DNA of 64,000 nt from Felis catus. Taxonomy: Eukaryota. This document shows, one piece after another, positions 12,916-24,740 of the stretch. The notes under the pieces are model-generated. The model was not told where the DNA came from, ran no database searches, and worked only from the letters and a program-made list of their open reading frames with translations. The stretch lies in contig NC_058368.1 in the NCBI RefSeq assembly GCF_018350175.1, forward strand, positions 88,414,001 through 88,478,000, in the 5' to 3' direction. Within the stretch, counting starts at the first letter, position 1, and every line of letters starts with the position of its first letter. A program made the position numbers and the translations under genes.

Positions 12916-13126
12916 ATTTTTTATTTTTTTAAGCTTATGTATTTATTTTTGAGAGAGTGAGGGCACAGGTGGCAGGGGGCAGAGAGAGAGAGAGAGAGGG
13001 AGAGAAAGAGAATCCCAAGCAGGCTCTGCACTGTCAGCGCAGAGCCCGATACAGGGCTCCATCCCACGCACTGCCAAAACCAGAGCCAAAGTCAGATGCT
13101 TAACCCACTGAGCCACCCAGGTGCCC
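12916..13126 (-). mobile_element. Can-SINE
   Basis: Reverse SINE ending ccacccaggtgcccc; TSD tgcaacatttta. Confidence 0.92.
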
Positions 13127-13678
13127 CTCTCTGCAACATTTTAATCCTTTCTAACTTCAAGCCACATAGCTTACCATACTGCCATTCCACTGTATTTTCT
13201 TCTGGTTGACACAGAGATGAGTCTCCTCTCAATTCCAACATGGAAATACTTATGCATTCAGTGAATCACACTTGACTCTGGATGAATATTCTCTTAGGAA
13301 TGTTCTAACATCAGGACATTTATAATCCATCTAGGGCTCTGATTCATTATTGGTGATATTTGCCTATAAATAACAATTGGACACAAATGAAAAGTGACAC
13401 CATCACAATCCGAAAGGAGAATGCACACATTATTTGGAAATTGACCAAATGTGGAAACACGTACACACGTGTGCAGTACGTTGAGGCAGCGTGTCGATCG
13501 AGCACATTAATAACTTGTGCCATAGTGGCAGAAAGCACCCCAGCCTGTCTGTCGACCACACGGTGTGCTCTGCAGGACAACACAGACCTAGGGCTGTTGC
13601 AATATTACTGACCAAGACAGGTCACATACCCATGGAGCAGTCATCCCCATAGCCAGTAGGTGGGGCTATGGATGAGGG

Positions 13679-14520
13679 CATAGGGTTCAGGTTCAGCTCC
13701 GGTTAGATTCCAGTTCAGGTTTAAGGGCTCAGGTTTGCTTTGGGGTTCAAGATTCAGGTCTGGAGGTAGGTTTGGGTTTAAGGGTCGGGTTCAGGTTGTG
13801 TCTGGTATAGAGTTAGAGCTCAGGTTAGGGTCAGTGTTTGGGTTCAAGGTTAGGGTTTGGGTTTGAGTTTGGTAATGGGTTAAGGTTTAGGGTTAGTGTT
13901 AGTGTTCAGGTTAGGGTTCGGGTTCACGTATGGGTTTATGTTAAGGTTGGGGGTTCTGGTGTGGGTTAAGGATCAGGTTAGGGTTCAGGTTTGGATTCTG
14001 GTTAGGGATCAGATTCGGGTTGGGCACAGGTTCAGGATCAGTTTTGGGGTTGGGTTGGAGTATGGGTTCACGTTCAGGTTAGCTTTAGTGTTTGGACTGA
14101 GGTTCAAATTGGGCCAGGTTCAGGTTGGTGTTTGGATTAAGGTTTGGAATTTAAGGTTCAGATCTGGGTTAAGGAGTGGCTTTAAAATTACGGTTCAGGT
14201 TCACCTTGAGGATTGGGTTTGAATTTGGGATTGGATTGAGTTTGGTTTTGGGTTAGTGTTAGGTTTTGAGTTAGGATTACAATATGGGTTCTGGTTCAGG
14301 ATCAGGAATGGTTTCGGGTTAGGGTTTGGGCTCAGGTTCGGGCTCTGGTTCTGGTTTGGGTTAGGGCCAGTGTGAAAGTATGTGCCCATTATCCGGTAGT
14401 TCAGTAACCTCTCTAGAGAGAGAAGTTTAGGGCTAAGGTTATGGTTAGGGTCATGGTTAGGTTTATGGCTCTGAGGCTAGGGGTTTGGTACCAGGCTTAG
14501 GGTTTGGTTTAGAATGAAGT
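13679..14520 (+). repeat. Degenerate telomere-like hexamer array (GGGTTA/GGGTTT/AGGTTC)
   Basis: ~840 nt of 6-bp period with scattered perfect ttaggg units; G/T-rich + strand. Confidence 0.85.
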
Positions 14521-15919
14521 TTGCACTCAGAATATTACTCTCTAGCTCCTTCCATGTAGTTGCAAAGTGCATGATTTCAATGAAATCATTTAATGAAAGT
14601 AAGTCAGATCATGGAGGCTGAGTTTCAGCAGCCATTGGAGAAGGGAGATTCACTCAGAGAGCTGTGCAGTAAGCAATTCCATAAATGTTCCAAAGGCAGA
14701 AGCACATGAGGTGGGGACAGCAGTTAGGAATCGCTGGGCAAGGTCTGTCCTCTGTTCCCCAATTTCCTCCCCTCATCGGCTGTGGGATTTTTTCATTGAA
14801 ACAAAGCTGCTGTTCCTGGCTGGCCAGCTATGTGTTGTGGAAACCCCAGTCTGCTGCTGGGGTGCCACCATCAGAGGTCAAGCTGGCACCAGGGCTGTGA
14901 ATCCTTCCTTCCCCCACCATCCAGGCACCAAGTACACACACCTGCTGAAGTGGGACCAACCTTGAGCATCTTATCAGGTATCTGAGGTATCACCACTAGG
15001 TTGCCTGTCACCATAGCAACTGGAAAGTTCTAGGGGAACACGAAGGGGAGAGTTTCCCTTGGGATCTTTCTTGATTCAGATCCTACATTGCTGGTGGTTT
15101 ATCTCAGGGGAAAACCCACGAGTGGAACTTCTGCCTTGTGGTCCCACAATGTCCTTCCTGGAGGAAAAGTCTGCCTGTGTGACAAGATGATTCTTCTACC
15201 TGTGTGTGGGCGACTATGGGGCCCCAGGTGGGCGCTGCCCTGGGGTGGTGTCCCTGCTTTGCTTCCATCTTCCCTTCTTCTGGTGTCCGTGAAACAAGCA
15301 GAGAAATGGAAGAGCCAGTGTAACTTGGAAGAGGCCTCATCCCTTGACATGCTCGGGACTATCACACCTGATGCTACTGTAAGTATGGTCAGAGGAAATG
15401 CCCATGGACACTAAAAGGCTGTTGTGTCATGAATCATTACTAACAATCACAGTGTCTGCAGTTTCAGGGACTATATCAGTTGCTCCCAAGACACACTAAC
15501 ATGTCTAGGGGCCCCACTGCCCATAAAGGTTCACAGTGGCTGGGAAGTCACTGTTTCCACTTGACAGATGGTGACAGCACCTCTCGGACCTGCCTGCTCT
15601 AAGCAGCCTGGGCAGCAGGGACCCGTTTGCAGCTTGGCCTTCCTGTTCCACACAGCACCTGCTCTCCAGCATCTTCCCTGTGTCTTGTGTCTCTCATCTC
15701 TTTCCCTCTGCCTTTCTGTTCCCTGTCTCTAACTTCCTGCCAAGTATTCCTACAAGCCAGCCGTTCAGCCCTAGGGAAAGTGGATGTCCAGGAGAGGCTC
15801 ACCATACTCAATGAATTTCAGGACATTCTTGCTATTACTTCCAAGGCCAAAAGACTTCCCAGCTCCCTGGGCGCATCCTGGCTCTTTGCTGGCAATGAAG
15901 GCACTGTTTAAACCTTCAT

Positions 15920-16600
15920 TATTTTAAAATAACAAGTAGTGGTGAGGATGCGGAGAAAAAGGAACCCTCCTGGTGGGAATGCAAACTGGTGCTACCACTG
16001 TGGAGAACAGAATGCAGGTTCCTCAAAAAGTTAAAAATAGAACCACCTGATGATCCAGGAATTCCACTCCTGGGGATTTACACAAAGGAAAGGAAATCAC
16101 TGTCTGGAAGAGATCTCTGCACATCTACATTCGTGGCAGCATTGTTCACAATGGCCAGTCATGGAAACAGGTCAAGTGTCCATCCAATGAGTGATGCATA
16201 TACAAAAGAATATTGCTCAGCTGTAAAAAAGAATGGGCAGATCTGGAGGATGTTATGCTGAGTGAAATAAACCAGACACACAAGAAAAGGCTGCGCGGTC
16301 TCACTTACATGTGGAATCTGAAGAACAGGCAGAAGCTGAGCACAGAATGGCGTGGGGTGGGGGCATGTTGATCCCAGGGCACATGGTGGCAGTGATGCAG
16401 GAGGAAGTTGGAGACCTGGTGCCCGGCACAGTGACCAGCTGACAGCCCTGTACTGAGTGTGCATGACCTCAGGTGCTGTGATCACACACAGAGGGTAACT
16501 GAGTGGGGAGAAGGCAGGTCCAGAACTTGGCTCCAGCCATCATGTCACTGGTATGCGTGCCTCACATCACTGTGCTGAACACCCTAAATAGATGCCGTTC
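15920..16600 (+). mobile_element. L1 3' end fragment
   Basis: Peptide FLKKLKIEPPDDPGIPLLGIYTKE (ORF2 C-terminus) followed by 3' UTR. Confidence 0.85.
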
Positions 16601-16620
16601 TTACTAAAATGTCTAAAGTA

Positions 16621-16834
16621 TTTTTTTTTTCGTTTTATTATTTATTTTTGGGACAGACAGAGACAGAGCATGAACGGGGGAGGGGCAGAGAGAGAGGGAG
16701 ACACAGAATCGGAAACAGGCTCCAGGCTCCGAGCCATCAGCCCAGAGCCCGACGCGGGGCTCGAACTCACGGACCGCGAGATCGTGACCTGGCTGAAGTT
16801 GGATGCTTAACCGACTGCGCCACCCAGGCGCCCC
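16621..16834 (-). mobile_element. Young felid Can-SINE
   Basis: CpG-rich, near-consensus body; 18-bp TSD actaaaatgt(c/t)taaagta. Confidence 0.95.
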
Positions 16835-18671
16835 ACTAAAATGTTTAAAGTAAAATAAAACAACCAGCCTGTGTGGAGATTTTGGGGGTACAGGTGCAAA
16901 GTCCAAACATCAGGCCCACGAGAATCTGTCTCCAGTGCTCACTTTGATACCTAAAATGTCCCAAACCAATGGTGACATTGCCTACCCTCCAGGGACTCCA
17001 GGTAGATGGATACAGGTGGGTCAACAGAAAGGGCAGGGCCCTCACCTGCTAGGACTGAAGCCACCTGTGAGCCTCTGTCTGTTGAGCTGGGGTGACAGGA
17101 GGGAGCGGGCACCCCCATCCCATCCATCCTGGACATCCACCTGCAGTGGACCAGATATGGACCAGATGTACCTCAGATTCTGCCTCAGCAGGTGGTCTCT
17201 ACACTGTGAGACTGTGCTGGTCTCTACAATGGCCTCCTCAGATGGGAGGTGGCCCTGTGGAACCTGCTTGGACCCCTGTGTGTGGGAAAGCTTGGAATTA
17301 GAGACCCCTTATGGGGAGAGCCTGGGGACTTCCTGACATGTGTGGAGGCCCTGGCACCCCACTCAGGCCTGCCGAGGCCCAGAAGAAATCAGTGGGGACC
17401 TACTTGCCACGCACACAGTCATGCAAAATAATACATGCCTGTTGCTTCCATAAGGGCATTTCTGTGGTTTGCATGCCATGGTGGGTGACCCCGGCAAAGT
17501 CCACTGGGTGGTTCGAGCTCAGCTGCCCTTGGCAGCATACATCCCTCTGGCTCTCTCACTAGCCCTGCCCTCCCCAGAGAAGCTTCTAGATGCTGGGAGA
17601 GCAGACTGATGGTGGAGGGCCTGGTGATGGGTCTGCTCTCTTTGCTCTACCAGGGCCCCTGGACCTCCAACAGTCTGAAATGATTCTCTGTAGCAGCCTC
17701 AGCAGCCCCCTGAGATACAACACAATGTCCCTAGTCAGCAGGGGCAGCCACCCTACTCCACAGCGATCCAGCCTAGGGCCCCTTGGCATGGTGGCCAAGA
17801 TGTGGGCTGCAAGAGGCTGGAAAATGGCCTCTGAATGACCTGCTGCACACAGGTCAGGCCCTGTCTGTGTATCTCTCTCTCAGTCTGTCTCTGTCTCTTT
17901 CTCTGCATGTGGCCTCCCTGCTAGGTGCCCTCAGAATCCAGCTTGTTGCATGGACACTACCCACACAGATGTCCCAAGGGAAGCAGGCACAGCTGTATGG
18001 CCTGCTTGATGGGAGCCTCAGGAGTACTATGGGCTACAGAGCCCACCTGGGGAGCTGTGGGGGACCCAGGAAGAGGCTGACTGTCCCAAAGCCCCATACC
18101 CACTCCAGGAGACAGCTGCCTGGCCAGTTCCTCCCCCCCACCCTGCCTACAGGTGGCCTCCACAATCTGCAGGGCACAGGCAGTTTCCTACCTCTCTTTC
18201 ATCTGAAGGTGACACCCTCCAGCTCCACTGCACTTGCCCTGTCTGCTGACCAACACTGTTTACAGGACAAAGGATGAAAAACACAACAATTCAGTCTGGT
18301 TGTAAAAAAATGAATATGTTTGGGTAAAGTAACATCTACTCGGGCTGAAATTTGGTAAAGCTATTTCTGAACAAGAAGTTTGGGCTGCAAATATGAGAAA
18401 ACCCATCTCAGAGGGGCTATTACAGTAATGGCATTTGGTGGGGTTACCAAAGAAATAGTCAGAACTGGGGCCAGAGCTGAATGATGTCCCCTGAGCCAGG
18501 CAAGTCCTGATCTTCTGTTTCCATTCCCAACATGAGGACTTTTAACCCTCATGCTGGCTGCCTCTTAGTTACAAAATAGCTACCAGAGCTCCAGGCTTGA
18601 CACCTACATCCCACACTTGAAGGAAGGGCGGGGCGGGGGGGAAGCTGATGGAGTTTCCAGCTGATTGAAAA

Positions 18672-18876
18672 TTTTTTTTAATGTTTATTTATCAGAGAGA
18701 GAGGGAGAGAGAGAGCAGGGGAGGGGCAGAGAGAGAGGGAGACACAGAATGTGAAGTAGGCTCCAGGCTCTGAGCTGTCAACACAGAGCCTGATGTGGGG
18801 CTGGAACCCAGGAGCCATGAAATCATGACCTGAGCTGAAGTCAAATGCTTAACTCACTGAGTCACCCAGGCATCTC
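18672..18876 (-). mobile_element. Can-SINE
   Basis: tttaatgtttattt...(GA)n...ggctccaggctctgagctgtca...ctgagtcacccaggc. Confidence 0.9.
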
Positions 18877-19629
18877 ACTGATTTTTTTTTCTTTTTGCCT
18901 TGCAAGGTGCCAGTCACCCCCTGGAATAATCGGTGGCAAAAGAAAGGGACATTATTGTTGTGACTAGTTTAGACCAAAGGGATGTAGGAACCTCCTTTTC
19001 TCTGAGTCAAGGGCTCTCTGCCTGCTACATAAACGCAGAATTGGGTTCTTCTGGTGGGTAAAGAAGTGAGGAGCCAGTGAGTAGGAAGAGGGCAGTGTCT
19101 TCCATGAGAGTGTGGCTAGGTGGGGAAGGTGAACAACGTGAGCAACGAAGCCAACAGTAGCCCATCATTTGTTTCCAGAATCCCACATTTTTCTTTGAAA
19201 CAAAAGTGATCCAAGGAGTTCGTGCCCAGTCTCTCCCCACCAGAATCCTGCTGAGGCATCGATGGCCTCCCAGACCCTCTCCAGAGGGTAAGATGAGGCC
19301 AGGTGGATGCAGGCAGGGCCAGCTGCAAGGACAGCTTCTCTGGGAGCTCCCCAAAATGGGGATCAGCCTGCACTTGGGACTTCCAGCTAATCTGGATCAG
19401 AACCCTGTGTGCAGATGTGTCTGACACTCAGCTGCACCTGTCAGCAGGGCTGATATGTTTCTGCACCAGAATTGTGAAATCTTCTGTCACCATATACATT
19501 TGGGAAATGCCAGGAGCATCTCGGGGTTCAGCCCCAGGACGATGGACCTGGAGCAGCCAACAACACACGCACTGTCCAGGACCCAGCAGCAGGAGCCGAG
19601 TGCGGATGTGAGTGTAAGTGGTGTTAAAA

Positions 19630-19890
19630 TCATACCGTACAGTCTTGTAAATATACTTTCTCTTAGGATTTCCTCAACGACATTTTCTTTTCTCTGGCTT
19701 ACGTTGTTGTAAGAATTCAGCATATTATACTTACAACATGCATAATGCGTACAAATCAACTGTTGATGTGATTGGTGAGGCTTCTGCTCAACAGTAGCTA
19801 TTAGTGGTTAGGTTTTGGGGAAGTCAGAAGTTACTTATCGATTTTTGACTGCATGGGGGGTCGGTGCCCTAACCCTTGCATTGCTTAAGA
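19630..19890. mobile_element. Tigger2a-like fragment
   Basis: gcttctgctcaacagtag is the reverse complement of the motif at ~12463-12480. Confidence 0.65.
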
Positions 19891-20439
19891 ACCTATCAAC
19901 ATTGGTACATAACAGATCATTTTTGGAAGGAATAAAATTAAATGAGAAACAATATTTAGCAGAAAAGCCTCCAAACCCACCAAACCAGTGAGTCTGCAGG
20001 ACATCTAAACCTCACTGTGATGTGGGGGGACATGCACCAGCAATTTGCTCGTGTCCATGTGGTTTCGTGTATGCACAGTCCTACTCCTGTTTATTCATTT
20101 ACTAGTGGATGGGCACTGGGTGGTTTCCATGTTTGTGATGGTTGTAAATAAATGCCTTCAACAGTGGATAGTATGAGTTTAGAAAAAAATGGATGTTTAT
20201 TATTTTCTGAAAAAAGTAAACTATGCTTGTACAACACATAGAAATTAGAATGAAGGATAGAGAAGCAGTATTTCTTAAGAGTCCCACCACTCAGTTTTAA
20301 CCCTCAGGGTATTTTGCTGTGTTTCTTCCCAAACTGTGTCATGTGTGTGTATGTAGGTATTTATATACATAAAATTATGAAAATTGGGAAAGCGATGCAA
20401 ATGTAATTTTGGTTCTTGTCTTTTATAATGAACATGAGT

Positions 20440-21040
20440 GTCTTAGTGTGGGTTTTCCAGGGAAGCATAACATTATTACAAGGGATTGGCTCACAAAGTT
20501 ATGGAGGCTGGGAGCCCCCTGACCTGCGGCTGGCCTGCTGAGAACCTGGGAGCTGGTGATGTGTGTTGTGTGCATGTATGTATGTGTGTGCGTGGTGTGT
20601 GTGTTTTTGTGTGTGTGTGTGTGTGGTATGATTCTGTATGTGTGTGTACCTGCATGTGTGTGGTGTGCATGTGTGTATGTGGTATGTATGTGTGTGTGTA
20701 TACCTGTGTGTGTACTATAAGGAATTGGCTCACATAGTTATGGAGGCTGGGAACCCCCTGACCTACACCCAGACCCGTTGCAGACCTGGGAGCTGGTGGT
20801 TGGGGTCAGAGCCCGAGCCGGGAGGTCTGAGAGCACAAGCACAGCAGGTGCACATTCTGGTCCAGGGGCAGAGAAGACCAGGTCCCGCTCAGCAGCCAGG
20901 CAGAGAGGGGGTTACTCCCCTTTCTGCTGTATTCAGGCCTCAGTGCACTGGACAAGGCCCACCCTCACTGACAAGGGCAGGTTCTGGTGTGAACCTCACC
21001 CAGAAGCACCTTACAGTCTCACCCAGAATGCTGTTTGGCA
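20440..21040. mobile_element. ERVL (MLT2-like) LTR with internal (GT)n and a duplicated segment
   Basis: attggctcaca...gttatggaggctggg...ccccctgacct occurs twice (~20485 and ~20724), on either side of a GT-rich microsatellite. Confidence 0.65.
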
Positions 21041-22089
21041 CACAGAGAGATTGACTTCAGGACAAACCATTTACACAGATAGCGATGTGGAAGGTATTCC
21101 ATTGCTAATCTTCCTTCTCAAAGACAGGGATTTTGTTTGTAAACTTCAGACCCAGAACATTGACTGTTCTGCCAACATGAGATAATTATCTGTCTTCCCT
21201 GAAGCAGAATGCTGTTTCTCTGGAGCCCCACCTAGCCATGTGCCTATGCTGGACGCCATGTGCATAGTGAAGCTAGAGACCCCCAGAGGAGACCGCCAGG
21301 AGCCTCTCATGGATGCACAGGACCAGAGGCAGGGCAGTGTGGCACTGTGTCCAGAAGGGGCTGGTGGGGCCTGTCCAGAGAAACCTCCCGGCCTCCCTCC
21401 CCTCTGCTGTGGTGCAGGGGGCAGGGCTCTTGCAGAGCATGGGACGACGGCATGCAGCATGAGAGAGGGAAGCTAGTTCTGAAAGCCTCAGTCTCCTCCC
21501 TGTGCCTTCACAGTGGGAGAATGAACATTCACTCAGTGTTGTGCCCACTGGGAAGAAACATCACCACGGAGAGCCCCTTCCACTTCTGCACAGGGCACAC
21601 ACTGTCTGTTGTTCCTCTGTTTCTCAAGGGTGTCCAGGCCTCTGGAGAATCCCTCAGGACTGCACTGTGGGATCACCTTGCTAAGCTCAGAGTCCTCAGG
21701 CAGTGGCACCTGCCCTTCCACACATGCTGTGCTGCCCTTGATACTTGAGCCCTGCATGCTGTCCACATCCAGGAAGTTTGAGAATTATGCTAAGACCAGG
21801 TTGGGGAGGGGAGCAGCACCACCATGCCATTTGGCCTGGGCCCTGGAGACACCCCCTTACCCTGCCTCATCATCGGCATGTTCTGTGGGATGTTGGTGTA
21901 GGGGGAATTCTGGCTCAGGGTGACACATCCCAGGACAGTAGAGAGCAGGGTCTGGCTTAGGCTGGGGGCCTCACCATGATTCCAGGCAATGCAAAACCTT
22001 GCCCAAGGGGCTGCATGAACCCCTCAATCTTCTCCCCATGGGGACAGGAGGCATTTATTTGTGCACCCCCTCTGCCCTCAGTGAGTGGT

Positions 22090-22355
22090 GAGCCCAAGAT
22101 CAAGATGCCCACAGATCAGGTGTTTGTGAGAGCATGTTTCCTGGTTCACAGACAGCACCTGTTTGCCATGTCCTCACTTGGTGGAGGGGTGAGCGAGCTT
22201 TGTGGGGTCTTTTGTAAGGGCCCCACTCCCATCCATGGAGGATCCATCCTCCTGAACTAACCACCTCCCACAGGCCCCACCTCCTAACACCATCATCTTG
22301 GGTGCTGGGGTTCTAACACGAGCTTGGGGGGCACATGACCATCCAGACCATAGAG
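22090..22355. mobile_element. MaLR LTR fragment
   Basis: ccaagatcaagatgcc...tcctggttcacagac...aggccccacctcctaacaccatcatcttggg...atccagaccatag. Confidence 0.7.
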
Positions 22356-22841
22356 GTATTACATCTCCAGCCTCATTGCCAGCTGTCTCCTGAAGGGGTC
22401 TCCACCTTTCATAGACACTGCCTTTGGAAGTCCCAGATGACCCTGTCCTCTGTTCCCTGCAGTCATGTCTTTAAAGCCACAACCTTCCTCGTAGCCTCTC
22501 TGTTGGTGGTCAAGCTGCTGCACTGGTATATATTTCAGGTACAGTGTAGGCCAGGTGATCATCTGAACACTGAGGGCTGGCAGGTATGCTGCGATAAGGC
22601 ATGCTTATCCCCATGACTGTCTGATGGAGCCACTGTGTGTCATTTGCTCTGGGCCCTTCCAGGTGTGGGTCTCCTGCTTTGACTTGAGCTCTGGACCCCA
22701 CAATCAGGAAAGGCTAATGTGACAGAGTGAGACTGGGCATGTTAATGTTTGCACCCCTGGATTCAGGTAATGGGCTCCTCTGTCTCATCCCCTCTGCTTC
22801 TCACTGTGCCATTCAAATTTATTCAAAGAACTTTGTGATTC

Positions 22842-23137
22842 TGTTGGAGAAGTGAATAAAGTACGCCAAAGATGGCCGACAGGGCTAAAACAGACTCTGG
22901 TCTCTAGCTGAGACCCCTCCTCCGGGTTCTTCTTCCTTTGTTTGCTGTGCATGCAAAAACCTCCACAGATATGGAAGCTGAAGGCTATAAATTACCCTTC
23001 CCTCTTGCATAAAGTGCTCAGATCTTTGGAGAAACGGTCTCCTCTAAGCCCATCAGTGTTAAATAAATCTCCAATCCACCAAGATCTCCAAGTGCCGCTT
23101 GGTTTTTCCGCCAGCGTTCCAGCCTGTTTCCGTAACA
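22842..23137 (+). mobile_element. Solo LTR of the same ERV1 family as the provirus at 29562
   Basis: TG...CA ends, TATA (ggctataaat), aataaa; about 88% identical to 29562-29859 by manual count; no PBS downstream. Confidence 0.9.
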
Positions 23138-23699
23138 TATCCAGCATACTGATGTGGTCGATGAGCCTGTGTGGTCCATGACCTCTGGAATAGGTTGCCC
23201 AGGAATGCACCTGGAGGGGATGAAGTGGTGTCTTCACCACCTCCTTCAGCTGCAGCTCCTCCCAGTGCTCCAGAGGTGGAAGGAGAATTCCTGCCTGACT
23301 TCGAGGGACTGTGCAATTATGGAGGCAACTGGCCCCAGCAAATAAACCCTGTGTTCTCCTTCTGTGAGTCAGACACAAGGTCTGGACTGGCCCAGAAACA
23401 ACTGTTCCTCAGGGTCATCAACCTCAGGAGATTAAATATCACCTGGGTTGTAGGGCTGTAGCCTCTGTAAGATCAAACATTTTGGGTAAGAAGAGTTAGA
23501 CACAGTCAATTGCTCACATATGTGCATGTGACCATGTGACATGTGCGTGGACAACCCAGACATCCAGGAGGCCCTAAGTAGTCACATGATGTCCACGTGA
23601 TGGCATGACTTTGCATGCAGGTGCAGCCCTCAGGCACCACCTCCTGACTGCTTGCTCTCTTCTCTGCTGTGTTCTAAAAAGTGAAGCTGCAGGATGCCT

Positions 23700-24740
23700 G
23701 GAACATAGACCATGAAAGATAGGAGGTGGTTGCTCTTGCAGGAGAGGCATGCTGGCAGCAGTGACATGAACAAGAGATGTGGAAACTGTGAGCAGCAGAT
23801 CCAAGAAATGAAAAAGCCAGTAGATGGGGCAGGCATGTCAGGGCTGCTTCTTTGGGAACATCATTGCTTTATGGTTAAATGAACCATGGCCTGGTCTTGC
23901 AGACATGTGTGCCAAAGCCCCAGTGGGACCTGGGATCACCCAGGCATGTCTACCATGTGGTCGTCAGCCATAACTCAAGCTTGTATCCTTTTCATCTTCT
24001 GAGAATCAAGGGTATCAGTGGTCCTTACAAAGTACATCCTATGTCTTCACAAGTTTGCAAACATCACAGTTTGCAAAAGGATGACACTGGGGACCTGGAT
24101 TCCTGATGCAGTACTTTCTGACTTCAAGGTGTCTATTCATTGGCAACCTGGTGAATTTTGTAAATAGGATCCATGTTTGTTAATTCAATTGCATCAAAGT
24201 TAAGAAGATCAAATAAGGTCCTTTCATAATACATTAATTGACATCAAATCCATGAGCTACTTCTGAAAATCTCAGTTGACCAAGAAGGTTTTTCCAGAAA
24301 ATGAGCCCTGACTCATGGAGCAGCAACTCAAAGATTTGTCTTGTAAATGAGACCCTCCTGTAAGCTCCCCTCCCATGGCTTGTGTCAGGTCTCCTGCTGT
24401 TGCCAAGTGGGGATCAGGCCCAGGGTTGGCCTCCTGCCCATGATATTGTACTCAGCCTCAGCACAAGTGGATGGACAGCTGACATGGAGGCTGGAGCCAG
24501 GAACTAACAGACTCTGATTCCAGATGTAATTTATGAGGGGATCCAGTATGCAAAGCAGAGCCACCAGGTACACAGGGCTGGCGTAGAGAGATGTCCATAG
24601 TTTTGGAACAACCCCTGGACATCCTGATCCCACCTCCTCCTGCCACCAGCAGATACTGAGAAATTCCATTACCAGGTCAGTGAGGGACATCAGCCCAGGG
24701 ACGTGGAGGGCAGCAAGTTGTCCCCAGCTATGACTGCTCC
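23700..24740 (-). pseudogene. Possible highly decayed intronless PTK6/SRMS-like (SH3-SH2-tyrosine kinase) relic
   Basis: Collinear minus-strand peptides across frames: GAVIA..LPS, LDPLINYIWNQSL, EGLIYKTNL*VA, MKG/TLFDLL..HQVANE, HLEVRKY, CKL..LVK..DV..DH, LSYG*RP, MPAP. Judged by eye against a recalled PTK6 sequence; several deletions must be assumed. Confidence 0.4.

Noticed and set aside
13140..13620. Possible hAT-type DNA transposon remnant
   Set aside because: No terminal inverted repeats or transposase peptide could be identified by eye.
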